A stretch of 43,465 nt of DNA, from positions 1 through 43,465 of IMG/VR virus record IMGVR_UViG_3300017716_001271. One strand, written 5' to 3'. This stretch comes from a virus (Duplodnaviria > Caudoviricetes). Positions within the stretch are counted from its first letter, which is position 1; each line of letters begins with the position of its first letter. The notes beneath the pieces are model-generated. The model was not told the origin of the DNA. It did no database searches and worked only from the letters and a program-made list of their open reading frames with translations. Positions 1 through 8,184 of this stretch are shown here, in pieces. Position numbers and translations under genes: made by a program.

Positions 1-1186
1 CGCTGTCGCCCCAAAGGTTCGTAAGGTCTTTCACTTCAAGCAAGCCGCGCTTGGCTGCGTCAAACGAAAGTTCTTTGATCGGGTCAGCGACCTTCTGACC
101 AATCAAGCCGGGAAAAAAGTTGAGCGCGCCAATCAGGACGTTAAGGCCCTTGATAGCGAGGTTGACCGCGCTTTCGGTAATTTGAACAATGTAGTTCCAA
201 GCAATGTTGAAACCGTTCGCCATTGTGTTGATTGCGTTACCGATCACGCCGGGTAGGAAGTTCCAGAGAATTGCAGCGCCGCGTACTGCGTTGACTGCAC
301 TGTCAACGAAGAAACCGAACACGCTGTCAAACAGCGGTTTGAGCGGTGCAAACGCAGCTTCAGCCGCGCCGGTAATGCGTTGTGCAAATGTATTGAACAC
401 GCCAACGACAGTGTCACCGAACGACACGGCAACGCCGCTTGTCGTCTGTATCTGATCTTGCAGAACAGACACGGCCCCGGCGGCGAGTGTCAGCCCGGCA
501 ATGATCGGCGCGAACTTTACAGCCATGCCCACAAGCACGCGGCCAAGTTCTTTCAGCACGTTTGCGCCCGGCCCGAACGCCGTTGCGATTTGCGAGCCTT
601 GTTGCAGGAAGACGGTAAGCGGCTTCTGACCGCTCGCCAGTCCAACGACAACGTCGTTAAGTTGGAACAGAATGTTTTGCGACGCAAACTGTTGTTGGCG
701 CGACAGTCCAACCGCTTGATTGGTCGCGGCGTTCGCTGCGTTTTGTGCAGCGGTCGCGCCTTGAAGTGCGCCTTGCTTCGCGCGCTCTGCGGCGGCTAGT
801 CGGTTCTCTTGCGCTGCAAGCTTCGCTGTCGCGACTTCACCGCGAAGTTGTGTCAACGCTAGGCGCTCTTGCGCTATCTCTGCTTGAGCCGTCGCAATCG
901 CCAAACGCTGCTTTTCGACAGCGGCGCGGGTGTCGGTAATGGCTGCTTGCGACGTAGCAACGTCAAGTTGCTTTTGCGCCCGCATTTGTTTGAGCATGTT
1001 TGTTTCAAGAGCATTCGCCGCCGCTGCAAGTTGGTTCATTTGCTGCGATTGCAGCGACTTAACAGCCTTCGCAAGATTGTTGACTTGCGCGTACCCTTCA
1101 CGCGCATTCGCGGCGATATCCCGAAGTTTCTTCGGGATAGTACCGTCAATCTTGTCCGTTACCTGAATGTCAACGCGTTCGGTCAT
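1..1186 (-). CDS. Tape measure protein, N-terminal part (runs off the window start)
   Basis: Not in the ORF track because it has no stop. ATG at 1186 overlaps the upstream stop (ATGA). Reads MTERVDIQVTDKIDG..., is Ala/Gln-rich and contains NDVVVGLASGQKPLTVFLQQGSQI, a lambda-H/TMP_2-type motif. It follows the tail chaperones. Confidence 0.9.
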   Translation of the reverse strand, partial: MTERVDIQVTDKIDGTIPKKLRDIAANAREGYAQVNNLAKAVKSLQSQQMNQLAAAANALETNMLKQMRAQKQLDVATSQAAITDTRAAVEKQRLAIATAQAEIAQERLALTQLRGEVATAKLAAQENRLAAAERAKQGALQGATAAQNAANAATNQAVGLSRQQQFASQNILFQLNDVVVGLASGQKPLTVFLQQGSQIATAFGPGANVLKELGRVLVGMAVKFAPIIAGLTLAAGAVSVLQDQIQTTSGVAVSFGDTVVGVFNTFAQRITGAAEAAFAPLKPLFDSVFGFFVDSAVNAVRGAAILWNFLPGVIGNAINTMANGFNIAWNYIVQITESAVNLAIKGLNVLIGALNFFPGLIGQKVADPIKELSFDAAKRGLLEVKDLTNLWGDS

Positions 1187-1671
1187 GTTGCGGGCTCGCC
1201 CCTGTACTTACGCGGCTTGAAACGCCCTGACGCGCTTTCGCTCAACAGTCGCACGTTAGCGGCTGCTTTCTGTCCAACGACAACGGCGCGTTCAATGAAG
1301 CCCGCCGCAGCCTGTCGCGACGAACCGTCGTTCAACTTACGAATGTACGGCGCGTTGTTGCTAAGATAGATTGTTTGACCCGGCTTGCGAAACGACAAGA
1401 GGTATTCCGCCGTCTTCATCGTTTGGTCAGCCGACTGACTTTCGGTTGAGCCGCGCGAGCCGGGCGCATAGGCAGGCAGGTTGAACATGAAGGGACGGCC
1501 AAGGCCGATTTGCCAGTTGGACAGGGCGCGCGAGGTATCGACAGGGGTAACGCTGACAAGGTTCCGCAGCATGGCGAGCGCCGCCACGTTGCCGGGGCTC
1601 ACAGAGGCTTCAGGAAGCGCCCCGGCGAGGCTTTCCATACGTTCGGCAAGATCAAGCAGAGTTCCCGCCAC
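1183..1671 (-). CDS. HK97 gp10-like tail completion/neck protein
   Basis: Motifs TPVDTSRALSNW and IYLSNNAPYIRKLNDGSS; position in tail module. Confidence 0.75.
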   Translation of the reverse strand: MAGTLLDLAERMESLAGALPEASVSPGNVAALAMLRNLVSVTPVDTSRALSNWQIGLGRPFMFNLPAYAPGSRGSTESQSADQTMKTAEYLLSFRKPGQTIYLSNNAPYIRKLNDGSSRQAAAGFIERAVVVGQKAAANVRLLSESASGRFKPRKYRGEPAT

Positions 1672-2057
1672 TACCGCCCCCGGCGCTTCCCGCCGCCCTT
1701 CCCGCCCGGCTTGGGGGGCTTTGGCGTGCGGGCTCTAATGTACTCTAGGTAAGCATTATCCATACCCCGCACGAACACAAGCAGATTGTCTGTTTGCACT
1801 TGGTCAAACTCGCAATCGTACGCGTATTCAATCACGTCGCGCCGGGCAATGCGTTTAAGCCCGGCTTCGCCAACGTCCCTGTCGCGGTCGAGTTCGTACC
1901 AAGCGTTGAAGTACAAACCCAAGCCTGCCCACAACTCGGGAGCGTTGGCTATCTTAGTCGGTAACGGCTCGCCGCTTCTGGCGCACTCGTCACGGTATTG
2001 CTGTTCTACTGCCGGGCTAAATTCCTGCCTGTACAATAGAACAGCGGTTAGTTTCCC
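1671..2057 (-). CDS. Tail assembly chaperone, frameshifted T segment (gpGT-like)
   Basis: -1 frame is open from slippery GGGAAAC (2057-2051): ...GKLTAVLLYRQEFSP...; includes ORF 1671..2036. Confidence 0.8.
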   Translation of the reverse strand, partial: GKLTAVLLYRQEFSPAVEQQYRDECARSGEPLPTKIANAPELWAGLGLYFNAWYELDRDRDVGEAGLKRIARRDVIEYAYDCEFDQVQTDNLLVFVRGMDNAYLEYIRARTPKPPKPGGKGGGKRRGR

Positions 2058-2500
2058 AATGCTTCGCCTTGGCGTGCTTCGGTGTAGGCTGCAAGTCCGC
2101 CCGCTTTCTCGACAAGCGCCGACATAAGGTCGGGCAAGTCGGTAAGCAGCTTCAGCGCGTTTTCAGCGTTGAACGGCAGTTGTTCGGTTGCGTCGGCGTC
2201 GTCGCCGGTCATGTCAGCCTTTGACACGTTGCGCCAGTCTTTCACGATTGTATTGCAAAAGACTTCGCGGAATACTTTGTTGCCGAGTTCCGGCGAAAGG
2301 CTCCCGGCCTTTTGTGCGGCTTCGTGCGGACGCCAAGCGCGTTCAAGCGCGGTCGCGTACTGCTTGTTCTGCGGCGACATGCGCGCAAGCTTGAATGACA
2401 CGGGGCCGTTGAATGCTTCGCTAAAAAGCATGTCAACCCAAACGCCTTCGGTTTCGGCGGCGGGGTTGGTTTTGTACGACTTGCGGAGCGACATAGACAC
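2048..2500 (-). CDS. Tail assembly chaperone (gpG-like)
   Basis: 150 aa directly after the major tail gene; ends LGN* on a G GGA AAC heptamer. Confidence 0.85.
   Translation of the reverse strand: MSMSLRKSYKTNPAAETEGVWVDMLFSEAFNGPVSFKLARMSPQNKQYATALERAWRPHEAAQKAGSLSPELGNKVFREVFCNTIVKDWRNVSKADMTGDDADATEQLPFNAENALKLLTDLPDLMSALVEKAGGLAAYTEARQGEALGN
2051..2057 (-). other. Programmed -1 ribosomal frameshift site G GGA AAC
   Basis: XXXYYYZ heptamer immediately before the stop codon; the -1 frame joins the next ORF, as in lambda G/GT. Confidence 0.85.
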
Positions 2501-2533
2501 GTTTCCTTTGCGGGTGTTCGGGGCGGGTAGTAT

Positions 2534-2555
2534 GGCCCCCGGCGAACCGGGGGCC
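2534..2555 (-). terminator. GC-rich hairpin after major tail gene (weak terminator or mRNA stabiliser)
   Basis: GGCCCCCGG-TTCG-CCGGGGGCC perfect 9-bp stem; no U-tract. Confidence 0.55.
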
Positions 2556-2570
2556 TAGCTAGTACGCGCG

Positions 2571-4370
2571 TTAGGCGACGCCAGCCGCCGGGACGTACGG
2601 CAGGAAGTGCAGCGCGGCGGTGAACCCGAACGGGCTTTCAGCGGCGTTGCTTTCCAGCGGGACCATGATAGCGGCGTCTTGCTCGACTTCAAGGCGTCCG
2701 CCGCCAAGCGCAATCAGCGGAAGGTCGTACACGATTGCCTTGTTGTCGCGCGAGTAGATAGCGTCAAAGGTCACGTCGTCATTGTCTTCAATGGCGCCGA
2801 TTGCTTCAACGGTAGAGAAGTACGCCGTAAGGTCGCCGCTGACTTCAAAGCGGCCAACATTCATGTCAAACGCGCCAAGCACGCCTTGCGCCTTGGCCGG
2901 TGACACGTTGTTGTTCACAGAGATTGTAAACTCTGTGACCTTGGCGAAAAGCGCGGTCGGGTTGAGCGTTGCCGGGTCAACAATCGACATGCGAAGACGG
3001 TACACGTTCTTCGCGGTGTTGATTGCGTCTTCGCCAAGCGCGGCAACAAGCGTCGCCCCGGCTTGCGAAGAAAGCAGGCCGTCCGTACCCGTGCGGCGCG
3101 TGTTCGTCATGGCGACGTACGACAGGTCAACCGTGACTTTGGCGTCAGCGCCGGGAAGCGGGCTGTTCCAAGTCATTTCGTTTGCAACCGCGCCTTCAAG
3201 GTTTTCCGACTGCACGCCGTTCGCGTCGCGGCCAAGGCTGCGTTGCGTCCGGTAATAGCGCGTCAAGATCAGGTCGGGGTCGTCTTCGTTGCGGAGCATG
3301 TCACCGAAGAAAATACGGATATCAAGGCCCGTACCCGTTTCGGCGGTCGCCGTGAACGTCGTCTTGTCGAAAGTCAGGCTATCCGCCGCGATACCGCCGA
3401 GTGCGATACGTGCGTAACCCGGCAGGTTGTTGACGAACTTGTTAGCGGTCGCGTCGCCGCCGATGAAGACCCATTGCCCGGCTTGCAGGCCAAGGGTCGT
3501 GTAATCGTCCGTACCGCTCGCGCGGGTCAGACGCATGACACCCGCCGCGACAGTCACGTCAACAGACGCGGTGTCGAATTGGTAGCCAACAAGCTTCAGC
3601 TTGGCGGCGGCGGGCGGTACAGCCTCGTCAGCAAGCGAACTTGTCGTGCTGACGTGTCCGTCCGTCACGCCGTTGACGACGTGAAGGCCGTTGTTCGCGG
3701 CGTTCGTGAACCCCGAACCGAACAACAGCGAGCCGACAACGACGTTGGCCGGGTTGTTCATAACGAAGTCATCCGTTGACGCGACAGCGTACGACGGGCG
3801 CGCGAGCGTGTGCGTACCCGTACCGGCGTCGGTAATGTCAACGACAACCGGCGTTGCGGCGACCGCGTCGGCGTAGCTTTCAGCAAGGCTGAAAGTGTTC
3901 GCGCTAAGGCGAACAATCCAATAGTCGGTTGCCGCCACAAGCCCGGCGGGAAGCGTCGTTGTCGTTGAGGCTTGGAACGGGCCGTCACCCGTAAGCAGGC
4001 CGTGCGACGCAATCGTGCAAATGTCCGAAGCGGCGGCGGTGAAGGCTTGCGAGAAAGCCGCGCCCCATGCGACTTGTTCGGCGGTCTTGCGAAGGTCGGC
4101 AAAGAAAAACCCTTGCAGCGGCCATTGCATGTTAGACATGGTAACGTCTTCGTTGAACCCGCCGTCAGCGTCAAGGTCGGTAATGACGCCTTTCTTGTTC
4201 TGGCGGGACGGCGAAAACGGACGACGCGCGGTCATGCTGTAGTTGCCGCCGAAGTCGTCAAAGCTGTTCGGCTCGCGCGTGTAGAACACGGGCGTTGCGC
4301 TCAACACTTTTGCAGACGCTTCCTCTGCAATGGCGAAACCAACAAGGTTCGCGTCAATCTTATCGGCCAT
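2571..4370 (-). CDS. Major tail tube protein with inserted accessory domains
   Basis: 599 aa, between tail terminator and chaperones; tube-like termini (FSPSRQNKKG; VNNNVSP...GRFEVSGDLTAYF). Confidence 0.85.
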   Translation of the reverse strand: MADKIDANLVGFAIAEEASAKVLSATPVFYTREPNSFDDFGGNYSMTARRPFSPSRQNKKGVITDLDADGGFNEDVTMSNMQWPLQGFFFADLRKTAEQVAWGAAFSQAFTAAASDICTIASHGLLTGDGPFQASTTTTLPAGLVAATDYWIVRLSANTFSLAESYADAVAATPVVVDITDAGTGTHTLARPSYAVASTDDFVMNNPANVVVGSLLFGSGFTNAANNGLHVVNGVTDGHVSTTSSLADEAVPPAAAKLKLVGYQFDTASVDVTVAAGVMRLTRASGTDDYTTLGLQAGQWVFIGGDATANKFVNNLPGYARIALGGIAADSLTFDKTTFTATAETGTGLDIRIFFGDMLRNEDDPDLILTRYYRTQRSLGRDANGVQSENLEGAVANEMTWNSPLPGADAKVTVDLSYVAMTNTRRTGTDGLLSSQAGATLVAALGEDAINTAKNVYRLRMSIVDPATLNPTALFAKVTEFTISVNNNVSPAKAQGVLGAFDMNVGRFEVSGDLTAYFSTVEAIGAIEDNDDVTFDAIYSRDNKAIVYDLPLIALGGGRLEVEQDAAIMVPLESNAAESPFGFTAALHFLPYVPAAGVA

Positions 4371-4382
4371 GTGTTACCCCTG

Positions 4383-4853
4383 TTAGGTCGCTGCTAAAGT
4401 GTCGTACTCATGTTCAACCGTGACGTTCAATCGGTATGACTTTTCGTCGTCGGCAACATTCTTGATAGTCGGATTGCGGAACCAAACCCCGTTGACCGTC
4501 TCTGCGTTTCTTAACGCCGATTGAACCAATTGTGCAAGCAAATCCTGTTGCCTCGCACCGTTCACAACAGACATAGGCGCGTACAACTCAACAATCGTAA
4601 CGCCTGTCGTCGTATGTTGTTTTGCAGTCGGGCCGGGCGTCTCGCCAACGAAGGCGGTTTGTGGGCTTTGAATATCGCTGCACCCGATACGCAGCCAATG
4701 CTTGCTTGCGTCGGGTACACCTTGGCCCGGCAGTCGCACGCGGTCGTAACGCATTTCGGGGACATAGCCCACAATTGCAGACGCGCCCGCCGTCACCGCT
4801 GCGGAGATAAGGCGGCGTATGTCGTCGTGTGCTGTGACCCGGTCGGCTGTCAT
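4383..4853 (-). CDS. Tail terminator protein
   Basis: 156 aa; synteny; WLRI...GVTIVELYAP...GVWFRNP...NVTVEHEYD pattern. Confidence 0.7.
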   Translation of the reverse strand: MTADRVTAHDDIRRLISAAVTAGASAIVGYVPEMRYDRVRLPGQGVPDASKHWLRIGCSDIQSPQTAFVGETPGPTAKQHTTTGVTIVELYAPMSVVNGARQQDLLAQLVQSALRNAETVNGVWFRNPTIKNVADDEKSYRLNVTVEHEYDTLAAT

Positions 4854-5239
4854 CGGCGGAAGTACACTGTATGAAGAACGGCAACGCCGTTCGGTGCAAT
4901 GGTGTCAATCTTGGCGATAGGAAGCACAACGCCGTTGCGCGTGACAATGTCGCCAAGTTCGGGAGTGAATGCGACGTTACCGGCGAGCAAGCCATATTCG
5001 TACGCTTCCGGTACTTCCGCGCCTGTCAACGCTTGAAGCGTGCGTTGTGTCTGAAGACCGGCAGGGAAGAACACGACAGAAGGGCTGTACGTCGTCGGGC
5101 TCGTTGCAACGTCGTCTTGCGGGTTCCACGCGTCGCCGCCAGCCGCCGGGGCGGCAAGCTTGGCCCAAGACACAACGACACCCTTAGCCGCGATCAGGCG
5201 GGCCGCTGTAGCTTTCAGGCTGGCGTACGGATCGGCCAT
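4850..5239 (-). CDS. Head closure/stopper protein
   Basis: 129 aa between adaptor and tail terminator; ATGA coupling. Confidence 0.65.
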   Translation of the reverse strand: MADPYASLKATAARLIAAKGVVVSWAKLAAPAAGGDAWNPQDDVATSPTTYSPSVVFFPAGLQTQRTLQALTGAEVPEAYEYGLLAGNVAFTPELGDIVTRNGVVLPIAKIDTIAPNGVAVLHTVYFRR

Positions 5240-5752
5240 TTAGGCGCGTATCAACCTCTTGGTTCCAGAGCCGCCGCCGGTCAAGTATGGCGACAGCATG
5301 TTTGCGACGGCGACGTACGACACAAGCGTTGTACCGTACGGCGCGTATTCAACTTCAAGCGGCCCGACTTTCTCGCGTATCGCAAGTCGCTCTTGATCGG
5401 TCAGCACCTCTTGTACGGTTGACTTCAGCGCAAGTTCACAGTTCGCGCGCTTGACTTCCTCGGGAACAATGTTGTTCGCGACAAGTACGTACTTGTCACG
5501 GTACACGTTCTCGCGCGGCCAATCTGCTTGTTGTGTTTCGTTGACGCGCGAGCCTGCCCACAAATCGCGGTACACCGCGCCCAAGTAGTCAAAGCCTTTG
5601 CGTAACGCAACTTCCTTCAAGTTGACGGGCGACACTGACAGCGCGGCCCAAGCGGCGTTATTGCGCGCCAGAAAGTAAGCGTCGGCGTATGCAACGTCGG
5701 CGTAACTTTCAGGGTTCGCAACAATTGAACCGTCTTCGATCACAAGCGCCAT
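5240..5752 (-). CDS. Head-tail adaptor (DnaT-like family)
   Basis: MALVIEDGS...SYADVAYADAYF; WPR; VPEEVKRANCELAL; EKVGPLEVEY. Confidence 0.8.
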   Translation of the reverse strand: MALVIEDGSIVANPESYADVAYADAYFLARNNAAWAALSVSPVNLKEVALRKGFDYLGAVYRDLWAGSRVNETQQADWPRENVYRDKYVLVANNIVPEEVKRANCELALKSTVQEVLTDQERLAIREKVGPLEVEYAPYGTTLVSYVAVANMLSPYLTGGGSGTKRLIRA

Positions 5753-5779
5753 GTGTCACCCGTCCCTTGTCTTCAGCCG

Positions 5780-6112
5780 TTACCAACCCGCCGGTTTCGC
5801 AGTCGGGTCAAGGTTCGGCGGCGGCGCACCGTCGCCCGCGCCGGTCGGGGTTCCGGCGGCGTTCTTCGCGGCTTCCTTCGCGGCGGCTTCCTGTTGCTTG
5901 GCCGCGTCGTCGTCGGCTTTCTTCTGTTCGGCGGCGGTCGGTTTCTTGACCTTGTCAACCTTGATCTTGTTCGCGTCAGCGAACGCGAGCGTTGCCGCGT
6001 CATGGCTGGCGGTGTACAGTTCGTGCGTGTCAGCGTTGAAGCTGGCGGCGTCAATCCGCACGTAATCGCCCTGCGATTTGGGGTGCGATGACTTGACAAG
6101 TATAACGTTCAT
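5780..6112 (-). CDS. Small protein after capsid gene, Ala/Lys/Pro-rich tail
   Basis: ATG at 6112 with AGGA upstream; HPKSQGDYVRIDAASFNADTHELY N-terminus; 110 aa. Confidence 0.65.
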   Translation of the reverse strand: MNVILVKSSHPKSQGDYVRIDAASFNADTHELYTASHDAATLAFADANKIKVDKVKKPTAAEQKKADDDAAKQQEAAAKEAAKNAAGTPTGAGDGAPPPNLDPTAKPAGW

Positions 6113-6139
6113 TTTGGGGGTTCCTGCTAATTGTTGCAA

Positions 6140-6171
6140 CAAGAGCGGCACAAGCGGGCATTCCATGTCAA
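6140..6171 (-). promoter_or_regulatory. Possible promoter (TTGACA at 6171-6166)
   Basis: Perfect -35 hexamer in the intergenic space after a hairpin; no canonical -10. Confidence 0.3.
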
Positions 6172-6184
6172 CGTACCCCTCTAC

Positions 6185-6225
6185 TTAAAGGCAACAGGCG
6201 CGAAGCGTTCCCGCCTCGCGCCTGT
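6185..6225 (-). terminator. Hairpin/terminator after major capsid gene
   Basis: ACAGGCGCGA...TCGCGCCTGT 10-bp stem followed by TGCCTTT on the minus strand. Confidence 0.55.
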
Positions 6226-6268
6226 CTTCGCCCCGTTCGCCCGCCCGAACGTCAGCCCGGCGAGGCTA

Positions 6269-7432
6269 TCAGCCGCCGCCGAGAAGCAGCGCAAGGTGTT
6301 CTTTCTTGACGACGCGTTGTCCCCAAGCGCAAGAAACCTCGTACTGCATTTGCCGGTATTGCGGGTACATGGCGAGTTCAAGCGCCAGTCCCGACACCGG
6401 GTCAACGATAGTCGCCCGGTCAACGGCAAGGTCGCCGCCATCCGGCAGAGCCGGGAGGCGTTGCGCGAGTACGATTGCCGAACGACGGAACGCCATGTTG
6501 CGGGCGGTCGTCGCCGTAACCGTAATGTTGGTCGCGCTCGCCGGAATGGCTTGTTTCAGCCCCGGCGCGTTGAGGGTGATCGTACCGCCGCCGGAAATGT
6601 CGGCGTCGCCGCCGCCAGTCGCGACAACGTACTTGGTCGTGTCGCCGGTAAAGACGACAGTGTCACCCGCCAAGATCGTACCCGTACCCGCCGAAGCAAG
6701 GGTAATGACCGTCGCGCCGACTGCGTAACCGGCGTTGTTGGTCGTACCGCTCGCGCCGGTTCCCGAAGTCGGGCGCTTGATTTGCGCGCTTTCGCGAATG
6801 GCGAAGCCGTTCACGTCGAGAAGCACGCCTTGACGCAGCATGTTCTGTTCAAGGGTGTTGCCCGGCGTCGATTGCTTGCCGCGAAGGTTCGCGCCCGCCG
6901 ACGTGTTCAGGATCAGGTGAAGGTCGTTGTTCGGCGTACCGGCGTCAAGCAGCAGCTTGAGCGTTTGCGAAGCGTCGGTGTAGTCGTTCGCCGTTCCGAA
7001 AGGCGTAGTCGTCGTACCGTACGCAGCGCCCGCGTCAACGTACAGCGCCGCAAGGTCCGCTTCAATCTCGTTGACGAGAACGCGCATAGCTTGCGCGATC
7101 TGATCTTGCATGATCGAAAGGACGCCCGCGCCGCCGTTGTTCAGGCCGCGTTGTTCTTCGCCGTTCCAGCGGAAGGGCGCACGCTTGGCCTTGCTGATAG
7201 TGATATCAACGTTGCCAATCGTTTGGTCGCCGTCGTCGGGCGGCGTAACGCCCGGCGTAATGTTGGACGACGTAGCAGCCGGGACAACGTGCGAACGCAC
7301 GGTCTGTCCAACGGCGGCGCGTTCAACGCGAGCGTCACGCGTCACCGCCGGGATAATCCCGACAAGTTCGCGTGACACGACGTTCAACGCGGCGTACGCG
7401 TCGGGGATAAGGTTGGTAAGAGTGTTGGCCAT
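6269..7432 (-). CDS. Major capsid protein (P22 coat-like HK97 fold with insertion domain)
   Basis: MANTLTNLIP...LNVVSRELVG; QAMRVLVNEIEADL; NMAFRRSAIVLAQR; follows the scaffold gene. Confidence 0.9.
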   Translation of the reverse strand: MANTLTNLIPDAYAALNVVSRELVGIIPAVTRDARVERAAVGQTVRSHVVPAATSSNITPGVTPPDDGDQTIGNVDITISKAKRAPFRWNGEEQRGLNNGGAGVLSIMQDQIAQAMRVLVNEIEADLAALYVDAGAAYGTTTTPFGTANDYTDASQTLKLLLDAGTPNNDLHLILNTSAGANLRGKQSTPGNTLEQNMLRQGVLLDVNGFAIRESAQIKRPTSGTGASGTTNNAGYAVGATVITLASAGTGTILAGDTVVFTGDTTKYVVATGGGDADISGGGTITLNAPGLKQAIPASATNITVTATTARNMAFRRSAIVLAQRLPALPDGGDLAVDRATIVDPVSGLALELAMYPQYRQMQYEVSCAWGQRVVKKEHLALLLGGG

Positions 7433-7464
7433 GTGTCACCCGGTCAGGTTGAGCGGGTGACACA
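7432..7464 (-). promoter_or_regulatory. Inverted repeat covering the capsid RBS and first base of ATG
   Basis: TGTGTCACCCG-N11-CGGGTGACACA perfect 11-bp stem. Confidence 0.6.
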
Positions 7465-7479
7465 ATGTCAGCCCGCGTG

Positions 7480-8145
7480 TCAGTCAATCAGTGTGTGTTT
7501 AGCCGCCGCCGCGCCCTGTTCGTGAACAGGAAGCGCATTGAAGGCCGCACGCGTCATTGTTGGCTTGCCCCCGCCTTGCGGAGTGTTGCCCCCCGGCGCT
7601 CCCCCTCCACCGTTGGCGGGTGCAGCGACGTAGTGTTTGCCCTCGTCCCCTTGGGACCATTCCTTAACAAAGTCGCCTAGCGACTTGTCCCCGACCATTG
7701 CAGTACGAGCCTCGCCGTCCTGCTTGATCGTCACCCGGCCTTGAAGTAGGGCTTTCGCCGCCGGGAGGAATTGCGGGGCGACCTTCGCAACTGTCAGTGC
7801 TTCGGTCAAGCCCCCGTCAACAATAAGTTTCGCGACCGCGCCGCGTTCGCCGTCGCGCTCGCCGGTCAGCGTTTCAATTGTCTTGGACAGTTTGCGCGCG
7901 TCCTTTTCGAGTGTCGCAATCTTGGTCTTGTTCGCGTCAATCTCGTTTTCCAAGGCTTCAATCGCCTTGGGGTCGCCGTCGCCGCCCGCCTTCACTTTGG
8001 CGAGTAGTTCCTTATTCTTGTCTTTCAGTCCCTTGATTGCGGTTTCGTGTTCCGTCGCAAGTTCCGCCTCGCGAGCCTCGACAGCGTCGGCAATCAGCTT
8101 GTCAACGATTTTCTTGTCTGCCGGGTCTTTCGGATCGTACGCCAT
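7480..8145 (-). CDS. Capsid scaffolding protein
   Basis: 221 aa, coiled-coil (GLKDKNKELL), Gly-rich linker and C-terminal MTRAAFNAL; directly upstream of the capsid gene. Confidence 0.8.
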   Translation of the reverse strand: MAYDPKDPADKKIVDKLIADAVEAREAELATEHETAIKGLKDKNKELLAKVKAGGDGDPKAIEALENEIDANKTKIATLEKDARKLSKTIETLTGERDGERGAVAKLIVDGGLTEALTVAKVAPQFLPAAKALLQGRVTIKQDGEARTAMVGDKSLGDFVKEWSQGDEGKHYVAAPANGGGGAPGGNTPQGGGKPTMTRAAFNALPVHEQGAAAAKHTLID

Positions 8146-8184
8146 AGTTCGTTACCCCTTGGGTGTGTTGCGGCCTTACCGCGA

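Noticed and set aside
6131-7375. 414-aa plus-strand ORF and many similar long antisense ORFs (e.g. 3063-3779, 24979-25854, 29917-30729)
   Set aside because: They are shadows of GC-rich real genes on the opposite strand: Arg-rich, no motifs, no RBS.
7443-7453. GTCAGGTTGAG shared with the promoter at 20584
   Set aside because: 11-mer matches are expected by chance, and near-identical strings occur in coding DNA (11330, 37047).
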